Shown here one piece after another: positions 47,766 through 60,800 of a stretch of DNA of 64,000 nucleotides. The translations under genes were made by a program, and so were the position numbers. This DNA comes from Azolla caroliniana (taxonomy: Eukaryota; Plantae; Polypodiophyta), in the NCBI GenBank assembly GCA_043228905.1, contig JBHGNT010000012.1:1-64000 (forward strand), written 5' to 3'. A model generated the notes under the pieces. That model ran no database searches. It saw only the letters and a program-made list of their open reading frames with translations, and was not told the origin of the DNA. Numbering within the stretch: the stretch's first letter is position 1; each line of letters opens with the position of its first letter.

Positions 47766-50246
47766 ATGGCTGCCATACCTTCTTCTTCATCTTCCTCCCT
47801 TTTGTTGCACTTCTTCTTCTTCTTCCTCCTTCTTTGCTTAATTGTAGTATTTGTTTCATCCCCCACAGCAAGAGCACGGAAAAGCTCATACATTGTGAGC
47901 ATGGATCGGACAGCGAAGCCCGACGAATTCATCAGCCATGAGACATGGTACTCTTCTCTCATGGCTTCTGTAATGCTATCATCATCTACACGAACCTTCT
48001 TCGACATTGATCAGATAAGCGATGGTAGCAAGTCCAGTGATTCTATACAAATTCATAATGGTACCAATTCCATGCTCAATGATCACATTCTACATGTGTA
48101 TGACACTGTCTTCCATGGATTCGCTGCGAAGCTCTCCGAGGGAGAGGCTATGGCGATAGGGTCGAGCCCGGGGGTGCTGGCTGTTTTTCCTGACCAGGTT
48201 AAGCATGTCCACACTACCCGGACACCGGCCTTCCTTGGGTTAGATGTGAAGGGGGGTCTTTGGCCTAAGTCTGATTTCGGGTCCGAAGTAATCGTGGGCA
48301 TTCTTGACACCGGCATTTGGCCCGAGAGCCGAAGCTTCGACGATGCCGGCCTCGGCCCCACTCCTTCTCGATGGAAGGGGGCATGCGAAGGAACAAAGGA
48401 CTTCCCGACCAATCTTTGTAATAGGAAGATTGTAGGGGCTCAATACTTTGTCCGTGGGAACGAGGCACTGAATGGACCTATCAATGAGACCATCGAGTCG
48501 AGATCGGCGAGAGACACGGATGGGCATGGTACGCATACTGCATCCACGGTGGCGGGTGTCTATGTAGAAAATGCGGGACTCTTCGGGTATGCTACGGGCG
48601 TGGCGAAAGGGCTTGCCCCAAAGGCGAGGATTGCGGCATATAAGGTGTGTTGGTCAATGGGTTGTTTTGATTCCGACATCCTGGCAGGTTTCGATAGGGC
48701 CGTCTCGGACGGGGTCGATGTCATCTCACTCTCCATAGGGGGAGAAATCTCTTCCTTAGACATCGACACGATCGCAATAGGAGCATTCGGGGCCATGTCA
48801 CATGGGATCTTCGTCTCGGCATCCGGCGGAAATATGGGTCCCTCTCCCGCTAGTGTCACGAACCTCGCACCTTGGATCACAACCGTTGGTGCTAGTACCT
48901 TGGACCGCACCTTCCCGGCCAATGTCATCCTCGGGAATAACCGTACCTCTTTGCCTGGAGTCTCGCTCTATAGTGGCCCCGCCCTACCTCATGCCACACT
49001 CTTCCCTCTCGCCGATGCTAGGGATCTTGGCTTCAAACTCAATGCAGCGGACCCGAATTCTTCGACCGATGACTACGAAAGCACTTCCACGTTGTGCATG
49101 AGTGGCTCCCTCGATCCCGTCCTCGCCAAGGGGAAGATCGTGCTTTGCCAACGTGGGGGCAACACACGTACAGCCAAAGGGGCCAAGGTAAGACGGGCTG
49201 GAGGTGTCGGCATGATTCTCATGAACTCGGAGATGGAAGGAGAAGGGTTGGTCGCCGATCCCCATGTGTTGCCGGCTCTAACTGTGGGCTACTCGGCCGG
49301 ATCGGCCATTGGCGAATACATTGCTACCTCCCGCAACCCAGTCGCTAGCATCGCGTTTTGTGGCACGGAGCTAGGTGTGAAACCGGCGCCGATCGTGGCC
49401 TCGTTCTCATCGCGGGGCCCAAGCCAGTTTACGCCGGAGGTTCTCAAGCCGGACATCATCGCGCCAGGTGTGAACATACTGGCAGCATGGACACCCGCAT
49501 TGAGCCCCTCCGGACTACTCGATGACCCTCGGAAGGCAGAGTTCAATATAATATCAGGCACCTCGATGGCATGCCCACACGTGTCCGGGGTCGCGGCACT
49601 GCTTCGGAGCACCCATCGGGATTGGTCTCCGGCCGCGGTTCGGTCAGCTCTAATGACCACAGCCTCCATGGTGGATAATAAGGGGGTGCCCATTGGTGAC
49701 GAGGCATCGGGTGAAATGGCCTCTCCATTTGACTTAGGGGCGGGTCACGTGTTTCCCGAGAAGGCTATGGACCCCGGCCTCGTGTACGACATTGAGCCGC
49801 AAGATTATGTGGACTTCCTTTGTGCTCTCAACTATAGCCTTCGTTCCATCCACGTGATCACCCACATCCCGCCAGTTTGCCACCCGATCGCCACAACCAC
49901 TAGCCTTAACTACCCATCTTTCTCGGCCATCCTCGATCAACGTGGGTCACAAGAGGATCGATTAGTGGCCACGTTCCACCGCACACTTACCAATGTCGGG
50001 CCCTCGCCTTTTGTAACCTATAATGCCAGTGTTTGGCCCCCCCATGGGGTAGACCTCATCGTTCGTCCGTCCACATTGGCATTCACGTCTGTTGGTCAAC
50101 GGGTTGGTTTCACATTGACAGTGTCTAGCAACCGCTTGCCGAGTCTCCACATTGGCGACTCTGCCTCTGTGTTTGGGTCGCTCGTGTGGACTGATTCTTA
50201 TGCCCATATTGTTCGTAGCCCTATTGCCATCACATGGCAACAATAA
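47766..50246 (+). CDS. Subtilisin-like serine protease (SBT1 subfamily), 826 aa, intronless
   Basis: Signal peptide, I9 prodomain ending at HTTRTPAFLGL, catalytic D (ILDTGIWPE), H (GHGTHTAST) and S (SGTSMACPH), PA domain (GKIVLCQRG) and Fn3-like C-terminus (VRSPIA). Confidence 0.97.
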   Translation: MAAIPSSSSSSLLLHFFFFFLLLCLIVVFVSSPTARARKSSYIVSMDRTAKPDEFISHETWYSSLMASVMLSSSTRTFFDIDQISDGSKSSDSIQIHNGTNSMLNDHILHVYDTVFHGFAAKLSEGEAMAIGSSPGVLAVFPDQVKHVHTTRTPAFLGLDVKGGLWPKSDFGSEVIVGILDTGIWPESRSFDDAGLGPTPSRWKGACEGTKDFPTNLCNRKIVGAQYFVRGNEALNGPINETIESRSARDTDGHGTHTASTVAGVYVENAGLFGYATGVAKGLAPKARIAAYKVCWSMGCFDSDILAGFDRAVSDGVDVISLSIGGEISSLDIDTIAIGAFGAMSHGIFVSASGGNMGPSPASVTNLAPWITTVGASTLDRTFPANVILGNNRTSLPGVSLYSGPALPHATLFPLADARDLGFKLNAADPNSSTDDYESTSTLCMSGSLDPVLAKGKIVLCQRGGNTRTAKGAKVRRAGGVGMILMNSEMEGEGLVADPHVLPALTVGYSAGSAIGEYIATSRNPVASIAFCGTELGVKPAPIVASFSSRGPSQFTPEVLKPDIIAPGVNILAAWTPALSPSGLLDDPRKAEFNIISGTSMACPHVSGVAALLRSTHRDWSPAAVRSALMTTASMVDNKGVPIGDEASGEMASPFDLGAGHVFPEKAMDPGLVYDIEPQDYVDFLCALNYSLRSIHVITHIPPVCHPIATTTSLNYPSFSAILDQRGSQEDRLVATFHRTLTNVGPSPFVTYNASVWPPHGVDLIVRPSTLAFTSVGQRVGFTLTVSSNRLPSLHIGDSASVFGSLVWTDSYAHIVRSPIAITWQQ

Positions 50247-53200
50247 TCTTAACTTAACATTGATAAGTTTAAGTATACATTAATCAATATATTGGCCTCC
50301 AACAATTATTATTACTATTAAGGTACATTACCGGCTTGTGTTAAATAATGTTCATTTGATTAGCTGTCATGTATGCATATCTCGGCTTTGAGCCTAGTTT
50401 GGTGCCCAACCAAACATGATCCCTAGTTTATTCTTACTCAATCACTCTTTTTTTTCACCCTTGTGTTTGTACTCTGAATGAGAACACACTAATATGTGCG
50501 TGATTTAGAAGTAATTGATCCTCAAATGCTTGCAACGAAGTTTCAAAGCTCATGGTGTTGAAATAGATACAATGTAGATGTGTGTTTTGTAGACAAATCA
50601 CTTCAAAGTAATCTAAACCTTGAGACATGATGACATCCTTAATGACGAGGTTGTCTCATCTAGGTTACCTAAATATGTTAGTAGGTAGGCAGGCATGTGA
50701 AGCAATGCTTGGCTTGGTGAGGATGTTACTATGTTCCAACCTTACATGTATCAATATTGTAATAGGATGTTATTGGGTCAAAAACTTTCTTATAGTTGTA
50801 CATAACTTGCCCTTCCATCCTTCAAGATGACTTTTAATCCAAAATCCAAAATTTACCAAATGTCTTTTGCTTTTAAATGCAAAGCACTTAGATTTCATCA
50901 GATGGTGAAGAAACTCAATTCTTATTTCTAGGAATGATTGTATGGAAATGTTGTTTAAGCTATGTCTCTTAGAGTTCAAAATGGTACCATGAGACCCAAC
51001 AACATACAAGAACCAATATATTCATGTTATTTAAAAACTTTCAAAAATAAATAAATCAACAAAACAAAAAAATTCTCATCATCTATGCAAAAGTATATGT
51101 TTGGTTCAAAATGCTTAAAAGCCTTATTTATATTTCTTCAGTCGTAAAAAACATGACTCATTTCGATTGAATGCAAGAAGTTCACTTTGAAGATGTGGAA
51201 GTTCTATTCAAAATTGTTAGGCCTCCTAATATGTACTAAGTTTCCTTTGCTTTCACATTATGTATATATGTATACATACATACAGGAGATGGCTAAGTTT
51301 CCGTTCCTGTCCCACACACACACACTATATACATATATATATATAGGAGAGAGAAAGGTATGAAAACAAGACATGGAGATAGAAAAAAGGACAAAACATA
51401 AACGTGTCCTTTGACCACATTTTGATCGAGTTTTTTTTCACGATTTGATTGATGCATTTAGTGCAACACCATATGATTTTAATATCTTGCATGTGGTGCC
51501 ACTTTTATATATCTATAAAGAGTCTACCTGATGTGTAATGTTATGGAGATTTTTTATTAGACATGCCCATATGTACTCTAATTGGATGTGTTTTAGTGGT
51601 TTTCACAACTTCTTGATCTTTCCAATTACTTCTCTCTTATGCATTGACAATATTATAATAACTTATTTCAATACTTGTATGGAAACCCAACTCTATACAT
51701 TTCCCTATATGTTTAGATGGCCACAAGAGACATAGATGGCCAAAATGCCTCCACAACGGATGTTCACAATACAACACATCCTTCTTCATGGAAAAATCAA
51801 AGTTATGGTGCATTTCAAACAACAAGTAGGGGTTATTAGACATGCATTCGAATGATTAGCTCAATACTTGTGCTATTGTCTTGAAGCTTTAATGTTTTAA
51901 AAATTTTACCTTTGTCATCGCAAAAATGTAATCAACATATACATTTGCCAACTTAATTTGCGTATCAGAGATGAATCCGGTCAACTAATTGGATCAAGTA
52001 TGGGGTTGTAATGGGGAAGTATTGTAGAAGGCCACGGAAAGAGTATAGAATGTTGGAGACGGTTTATGTTATTGTAAATACAAGATCAACCTATCATACT
52101 CCATGGAATTAGGGGCGGATGGACTATGAGATTTGAAATTATGAACGCTCTATTGATTAGGGAAGCTGCTAACCAAAGGATGACGATGGAGAAGTGGATG
52201 GGCTATGAGGAGGGAGGTCTTTGATCCCAAGAGGTAAGGAAACACCAAACATGATCCAAGGCCATGAATTGCGAGAAAATGAGATACCAACATCGAACAT
52301 GGCAATTCGTTACTCGCATATACAAGTCCTAAATGGATTGTAGATCCCGATCCGAAAAAAATACAACTAGAATGGCACGTATGTACATCATTGTCCTTCA
52401 ACTTTGGAGGTTCCTAATGAAGGGAATGGTAAGGAAGGAGTTGAAAGAGATGTTAGAGTATCAAATATTGTGAAGGAAGGAGTTGAAAGAGATGTTGGAG
52501 TGTCAAATATTGTGGTTGTTATGGATGAAAGAACATCTTCTAGAGTTGGTGATAAAGATGTTGCACTTCAAGGTTATGAAAACACATGGCTTCGTAAGGT
52601 CAGTTAGGACCCATTGCAATGGACGTGGCGTGATCCTTATACAGGTCCATGAAGTAAAGCCATCCCTTTCTTCCAATTCACGACTACATTGGGTCGCCAC
52701 ATTCTAGCCGCTCAAACTGATTGAGAGTTCGTTGTTGCATAGATATGGCACACATATCATGTTCCCCATACAATTATGGCTATTAATACATAGATCACTA
52801 CCGGTTCGTGCGTGGCAACGTTGGATCCTTAACTTTCCTAATTGTGTAGCGTGCTCAAATGCAAAAAAGTAAATTCGACATGCTCTGTGAGATCCATCAA
52901 ATATGGCGGGGGGTTGACCGCCTACTGCAAGTATGCCATGTCCAAGGCACAATCAAGTAGGAGAATGTCTGTTGGTTATCATGGCAGGTCCTAGTTGATA
53001 AATACAAACATCAAGAGGGCATGACGTCAGTGATAAAAGCACAAGAGATCTTGTTTTCTACCATTGACAATATCCACTCAACTCATATTAATGCCCAAGC
53101 AAGTCATGTTGGAATTGGTCAGCCCAATAACTCTTTAGATTCTCTGGAAACAACGGTGTAGACGGGTCTTCTCCAATCAAACTGTGCATCAAGCAATACT

Positions 53201-54856
53201 ATTGCAGGAGATATGGAGTGGAGTTGTTGCCACTCTAAAGAGCCAATATGATGGCCTCATGGGTGGGTCTGATGGAGTTGAACGACAATGATTAGCCTTC
53301 ATCCAACAATGGTCGTCCTCTCCATTTCTTTGAGTTAGTGGGCCTCCACATAAGATGAAACTATCGCGTCCCTACTGAGATTTGTATATAACATTCTTAG
53401 CTGTAAAATTTTCTAACTAATGGAAGGAGTTTTATTTTGGAAAAAAATAAAAATAAAATAGATCTATTCATTTTCTTTGTTTTCATTACCACCAAACTCT
53501 TTTCCTCAAGAATTTCTTCATAGTTGAGATTCATCCATGTTGTACATCCATATATGTTTACATTTGGGCCCATGTCTTGAAGCTTTAATGTTTTTCAAAA
53601 ATTTAACTTTGTTGTTGCAAAAATGTCATCAACTTATACATTGGCCAATTTAATTTGAGCTATTTATTTTCTCCATTTTTAAGACCACCACACTCTTTTT
53701 CTTGAGCATTTCTTCACTATTGAGCTTCATCCATGTTGTAAATCCACACATGTTTACATTTGGCCCCACGTACCTTCTTTGACGCAAAAATTTGTTTTTG
53801 CCATCTCAAGAGTTGTTAGTTACTCTAAGGATCACCCTCTTTGTCATGTGCAACCATTCAAAAGCCACCCATCTTTAATCTTTCTCAAAGGCACCTCTTA
53901 CACATCTCTACTTCCATATGCCAATACTAAATGAAGTTGTGGTCCAAACCTTGGTTACAAATTAACATACAAAGTTGGGTTGCTTTTGAAAATAATTGAA
54001 AACACATGCACATTTTATCTTTTAGAGATTCAATAATCTCCTCGTTCATATAACTATGAAAATTTATTTTGTTAATATGGATTATTTAGTTCACTAAGTT
54101 AGTTCCTTCCACATGACAATGATTAGAAGAAATATCTATCGAGAAGAAATCTTGTTAATATGAATTGTAATTAGCATTGGCTGTCCACTTGCTCACTCAT
54201 TTACTTCATATGCCTGGTCTAGATGCCAACTGAAAGATAGCACCCTGATAATAAATCAAAATCCTCACCATCGGTTGGCCTGATAAGTATACACTTAAAA
54301 ATACTAGAGCTCATCCCTTCAATCTTAAAATAAAAGCTGCATGTCAGTAGATGAGTGTGAAAAAGATCATTCCTTGAAAGTGGAAAGAAAGCATAACACT
54401 CGACGTATCTAAAATCCCAACTATGAAGCCTTGTTTAGTATTAGCTGAAATGTGCTATATATGGGAGTCCAAGATATACAACTTTTTTTAATATTCATAG
54501 ACTTTCTTACTTAACTGCAATGAATTGCAATGTCATGCAAGTTCAATTCTGAGCACATTAACAAATATATTGCAGGTCACAAGAAGAAACCCATTAAACG
54601 CAACACTCACAGAAACGTGAATCTTCGTACAACATCAAGCCTTTTGTCTTACATTTGTCACTGGCTAGAGTCTTGATATTATTGGATTCTTTTCAAACAA
54701 TTTGCTTGATTATTTGATTCTCTTCAAACAATTTGATATGGTACATAGTAATGGAGCCCGTCACTAAAAAGCCTCAAATCATTCATTAAGGTTTCAAACA
54801 ACATGTCAAATGCATCCCAATTATAAATTACATATTTAAAAAATCCAAGGAACCCA

Positions 54857-57800
54857 TCATTCATGCACAATTGCATCATCTTCCTCACATTTATTCAGCT
54901 CATCACCTAAGATATGATTGAGAACTGTATCAACATTTTCACTTCTGGCTTTACTAAACCTGCAAAAAGGTGAATCGATAAAGATTAACATTTGATTTAA
55001 TCTAAGGTGAGACTTCAGGCAATTGATTCCCCCTTATTGTGTCACAAAACGAAGTGAGTTGCAATACGTCTAAATTGAAGCTTGAAGTGCTTGTTAATGT
55101 GGCTGGACCAATTTTGTATTTTTAACGTTTACAAAATTCATGTGAATGTTACTCGAGAGGAAAAATTACGCATCCTGACATATTTCTTCATGTTGTGGTG
55201 AATCCTAAACACGTCCAAATTTTTTTATATTTCCCCCAAATACCCTAGGCCATCCCCAAATGAGAGAAAGAAGATATCACTTGAAGATAAAATGACCTAA
55301 ATTGCACATTGAAGTGAGAAGTGGACAAATTTACTGTACAACTGGTAAAGTGGCATATGTATGAAAACTCATCTAATGTTTTCTCTCTATTGTAATTCGA
55401 AGAGTATTTCGGGCAATAAAGAAACCTCAATATTTCAGAGTTTTTTCCCCATACATCGTATTACGGAGGAACAAGAGTGCTCCAAGGATCTAGTTTCCAC
55501 AGTTATGCCACAAGATATATTATGCTATAGCAAGAATAGAGATATCTGATGTAGATAAGTTGGTTAAGATATATATGGTTGGTTCAAGCACTACACATAA
55601 TTGCTTTCAGGGAAAAGTCATTGTTGAGGGAGAAGACCTCTACACACATGTAATTGCCATAACATTAGAACTAAGTTTATTATTGAGCTCTTCATATACC
55701 TTACTTGGTAGAAGCTGGATAAACTAAGCTCCTAAAAGCTGTTTAGTGTCTATCAATGGCTAGTTCTCTACGTTCTATTTTTTGTACTAGAAGTCCTAAA
55801 AGCTCCTAGATAATCTGTGTTTCCTATTGTTATACTGCGACAATTTTTAACACCTTCAAGAATCACTTTATACACTAAAAATTCCCAAAATTCACGAATA
55901 TTAGAATTATATTCAAGAAGAAATAAGAACAACACTTACGCATTTCCATTGTTTGTTCCGGATGTCCCCTGGAGAAATAAAACGAAAAGATACACATAAG
56001 AAATTGGGACCCCAAATCCACAAGATGAGGTAATATTACACTCCTGTAACAGAAATTATTTCTAATGTACATAATATAGCACCTGCTTCATCATTAGTGT
56101 GTCAACATCCATACAGTAAGGTAATGGTATATAAATACATTTACCTAAAAGCAGGATTTTCCTAAGGAGCATACTACTCTGATTTCTGGGAAACAACACA
56201 AACCTGTGTATCAAATGTACCATTGGCATTCATTTCTGCAAAGAAAGCCTCCAAAACAAATGCCACCACCTGTCCAATGAACAAGACTTCGTGATTAAAT
56301 AAAGAAATGAATCATAGATAAGATAAGAATATGATTAAGAACAATGATTCCAAAAGGTTTGTCTGACCAAATTTAGGAGAAACAGGATTCCCAATGCATA
56401 GAAGCTGATAAAATATATTGCAGTCCACCACGTTCCAGTCAGTGTCACGAAGCTCTACATGCAAATACAATGGATAATGATTATCCAAAACAAATTTACG
56501 CATTTAAAGAGTGTACCATAACGTGGAATTTTACTATGTGATTTCCTCCTATATTTGTTTTCCATTATCATGCTTGTCACTTGAACTAATCTTAATTACT
56601 TTGCTCATCTTGAACCATTTAATTATATCGATGAATGAAATCCATAATCTCCTCATCCAACTCTCTCTCTTAACGGCCGATTTCCTCCATTACTGTTGCT
56701 TCAGCATAATCGCTACAACTGGGCCTCGAGCAGTCATTGGATCATATCCCATAAAGAGACATATCTTTACTCACCTATTTATTAGGTAGCTAGGTTACCA
56801 TAGTTCTCTCAGGTAACCTATACCCTAGTAGTAATGCATGATATGAATTTGCTCATCTCCTTGATGGATAGTGTCAGCAAACACTGCATCTTAGTTAGCT
56901 ATAGTGGCAATCAATCTAACCACATTGCTTCATGTCAGCAAACAATGCATCTTAGTTAATTATTGTAGCTAATCCTGGGTTCATGTTAAAAGTGATTAGA
57001 ATTAATTACCTAGGATTGAATTACGAGATTTCTTATTTTAAACACAGTTGTAAGTAGAAGAAATATGGAGAAAGAATGACCTAAATCAGCTCTTTTAATC
57101 TGAAAAGAATGACATACCTCAAGCCATACTTGCCAGTTTCCCATTACTAGAAGCTGAAAAAGAGTTACCATTCCGGTTGGATAATCATTGAAATTGTGCA
57201 ACAGATAGCTAAATTGTGTTAAAGATATTTGGAGTTATGTATTTTTAGCACATTAAATATCTTACAGAAATTGTAAATAGCAGAAGGATACTCATTCTGA
57301 TAGAGATCTGTGCTCTCCAAAGTCTCATTGTAGCTATTTACCAGTCCACCAAATAGCTAGAACATAGGATTCTTGTCATTCCCAGTTGACGTAAATACCT
57401 ACAATTCTGTTTCGACTATGGAAGTTGCTCAAGTTTGATAAACGGAAAGATAACTTACCTGGACTCCAAGAGAACAATATATACACATCATGCAGAAGTT
57501 CGTTGCCAGAAATGGGGTTAGATGGGGAATCAGTTTCAGAAATGTGCCTATTATAACTCTGAATCGTGGAACATGGAGAAGTAAGCGTACGAGACGAAGT
57601 AATCTTGCAATAATCAGATAGCGGATCCTGAAACCAAACGGTTGTCGTCAGATGATTTACTCATGCATATAAAATGAACAACCTGAATGTGCAATTTAAA
57701 TTTGAAGCCTACCATTCTACATTGGAGATAATTGGCAAACTGTTTGGAAGTGCAAATGTCAATGTCTCTCCGATGACTAAAATTGATGAACAAGATTCAC

Positions 57801-60800
57801 AGTGAATAAACAATAAGATATAATGGCCCAACCATAGAAAAGTAAATGCCAATCATTAGAACAATCAACAATATTCCAACCATATTAACAACTTTTGCTT
57901 ACATCCTTTCCAAGTTATGCAGCATATATTGGATTTTATTTCTTGAGCTCACATGAAACGTAGCTATGTAGAATTTTGTTCCATGGATTACATGTGAGCT
58001 CAACAAATAAAACATATACAAGATTACCCACATAGAACCTCTCAACAGGTATTAACGGGAATAAGAAAACATGTTAGGGTAGATATTCTTTTTTTGTTCA
58101 TATTAATCCAAATTTTGCAAAACTAAGCATTCATGCATGTGTGTAGAAACTTTGGACTGAATTCTTTACCTATTATGCAGGTTATACAAAAATCAAATTT
58201 GTTCAAACCCTCCCTCCAATAGTTAGAAAATCCATACGCATAGATCTTAAGCAGCATCTCGACTACATATAACCAGCCTGCAGGAAAAACACATAAATCA
58301 TTTCTTTATCCATTATATTTGTAATTCTTTGGATTAAGTCTTTACTATTCAAGAAGGTAAAATTCGATAAAAAGAACCCCAGGCTTCTCTGAACAAAGTA
58401 AGTATCATCCTGTAAGAATTTCTGTTACCCTTCCATAATCCATAAGCACGTAATAACCTCAATCAGAACTTTATTTAGCCCCATTACTCCTACTTATGCT
58501 ACAAGTCAATCAAGGGCTACACAAATGAGCCCCCAACGAGGACATAACAAAGGGGTTATAATAGATTGGGCAATAGCAATTTGTCGTGCACGTAGGCCTT
58601 AGCCTCATGAACCACAATCTTGCCACCCTTGTCATCGACATATAAAGACCATTATCCCCCGCCATTGCAGGTGTTTCCCTCGCTTCGGAAACCTCTCCAT
58701 TCTCGATCGACCTATGCTAGAGATCTTTCGAAGACAAAAGTTGCTGCATTAAGAATCTTACATGTATTGATAACAAGATTCTTTAGTCTCTTTTTATCTT
58801 ATTTACTTTTATGTTTACTCAGTAGCATTTATTTTATCTTGATTTGTTGTTCCCAAAGACGAGACAACACTCGAAATGTAATCTTTTGTTTAGTCTTATA
58901 GGCCATTTTGGCCTCTTAAAAGACGTTAATATTTCTTTCTTTCTTTCTTCAACCGTGTCCCATCCTATGATGACCCTTAAAAACTCAAAACATGCCATGT
59001 GTAAGTCTGAATGCTATCGATCTAAATTAGTGTCAGTAGTGCTTCGCCCCAATACTCCAGGAAAACCCGAATATGCAATGCACGCCTAGGCTCCATTGCA
59101 TGGTGAAATTAATGCACATTGCCAATGTAGCCAAATAGCTGATCATATGCATAATTAGTTTTGTGATTTGATTAGCCTTGTTCCAAGAGTATTATGTCGT
59201 TCATGTCACAAAAAATAAGAGTTGACAGCACTAATTAGGTGACAACGATTCCGCAATACATGACCTCCTTGACGTATTGCAATACACTTGTCATTCTACT
59301 CAACCCCTTGACATACTGAAATGTACCCGTCATTCCACTCAGATTCTATAATGTGACACTGTTGAGAAATATCGCTACGTATCACCAAACAATAGGTAAC
59401 CTACTTATAGTAGAAGACAATTAAAAATCCAAAGCCTCCGTAACGATCAGCAATGTACCACAATGAACACTGGCTTATCACCATTATAGACATATAAAAA
59501 AAGTTGTCTCATTATCTTTTAAGGAATATTTCTAACTTCCAATTATATTCATTTCATATAACATCATTGAAATATTTTCTCATATTTTATTTTTTCTAAC
59601 ATACCAAAATAAAACTCGACATCTTGCCAAAATCCTTGTTCTGTACTGTTCTGTAAATCAAGCTGCATCATGGAAAAGAAAATGTCAGAAGTCAAAACAT
59701 AATTCAATTAATAATCTGGTTGAACAGGATAGCAAATCCAAATTATCTCAAAAGATACAACTATAGAAGCTAAAATACAATGCAAGTAGACCAATATGCC
59801 ACACTACCGTTACTGACAAGAGAATTAACACGAGTTATAGGTTGAACATTGACAAAAGAGGTATTTGAATACCACAAACACTAAATTTATCAAGATGTCA
59901 CCTCCTTTTCTCCAGTGTGTAACAAATTAAAATAGAGTATGAATAAAATGTGCCAATATTGCATACTTCCAGATGTTGAGCTATTGTTAAACTAATTGTG
60001 TAGCTTCTAAGCCAAAAAAAACACATACCAAATACTATATTTTCCATTCCTGGTCATCAAATGCACAAAATGCTGAACAATTGAATTAGATCATCTTGAA
60101 TCCAATGGCGTATTTTGCCATCAAACACTTACAGTTGTTTCAATAACCACTGCCACAAGGTTCAGCAAAAGCATGGCCAAAACCAAATATTCGAAGTTCT
60201 TGCCTCTTATGAACGTTTTGAAATTGGAACTGTAAATGGAATTATAAAAGCTCGGGAATCTTTCAAGACAAGATGGCTGCAGAACAACATTGCTTGAGTC
60301 AACGTCTCTTGATAAAATAAAGAACTTGGTGAAAGACCTATTGAAGTCATAAGTTTTGAATGTAAAATGTTTATGCATGTTGAATCTGATAAAATTTTAA
60401 TGCAGGATATTTAAAATGAACTTCTATCATTTCACAGAATTGCCATTTTGGCCTCTTAAAGAACGTAAATATATATCTTTCTTCAAAACAATATCAATTT
60501 ACCTCAGGTGCCTTCGGAAATTTCAAGGATATATTTTCACAAAGGTCTTCAAACTCATCCACAGTAATCTGAGAATATTAGAGAGTTATAAGCTGCACAT
60601 TGCATTATAATAAACCGTATGTAATACAGTTTGAGAAATTATAGAACGACAAGAACAAAAACTGCACAATGAACAGACAAGGTAAGTGATAAGAGGAAAA
60701 ATTATATTCCTGTCTGTGAATCCTTGGAAATACAACATTGAAAGCTACGTGCATCAATTGATCGATTACACATGCCTAATGTACAAAAACATTTTATGCA

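Noticed and set aside
58582-58866. Second solo LTR starting TGTCGTG in a TPC1 intron
   Set aside because: The right terminus matches poorly and no target-site duplication was found.
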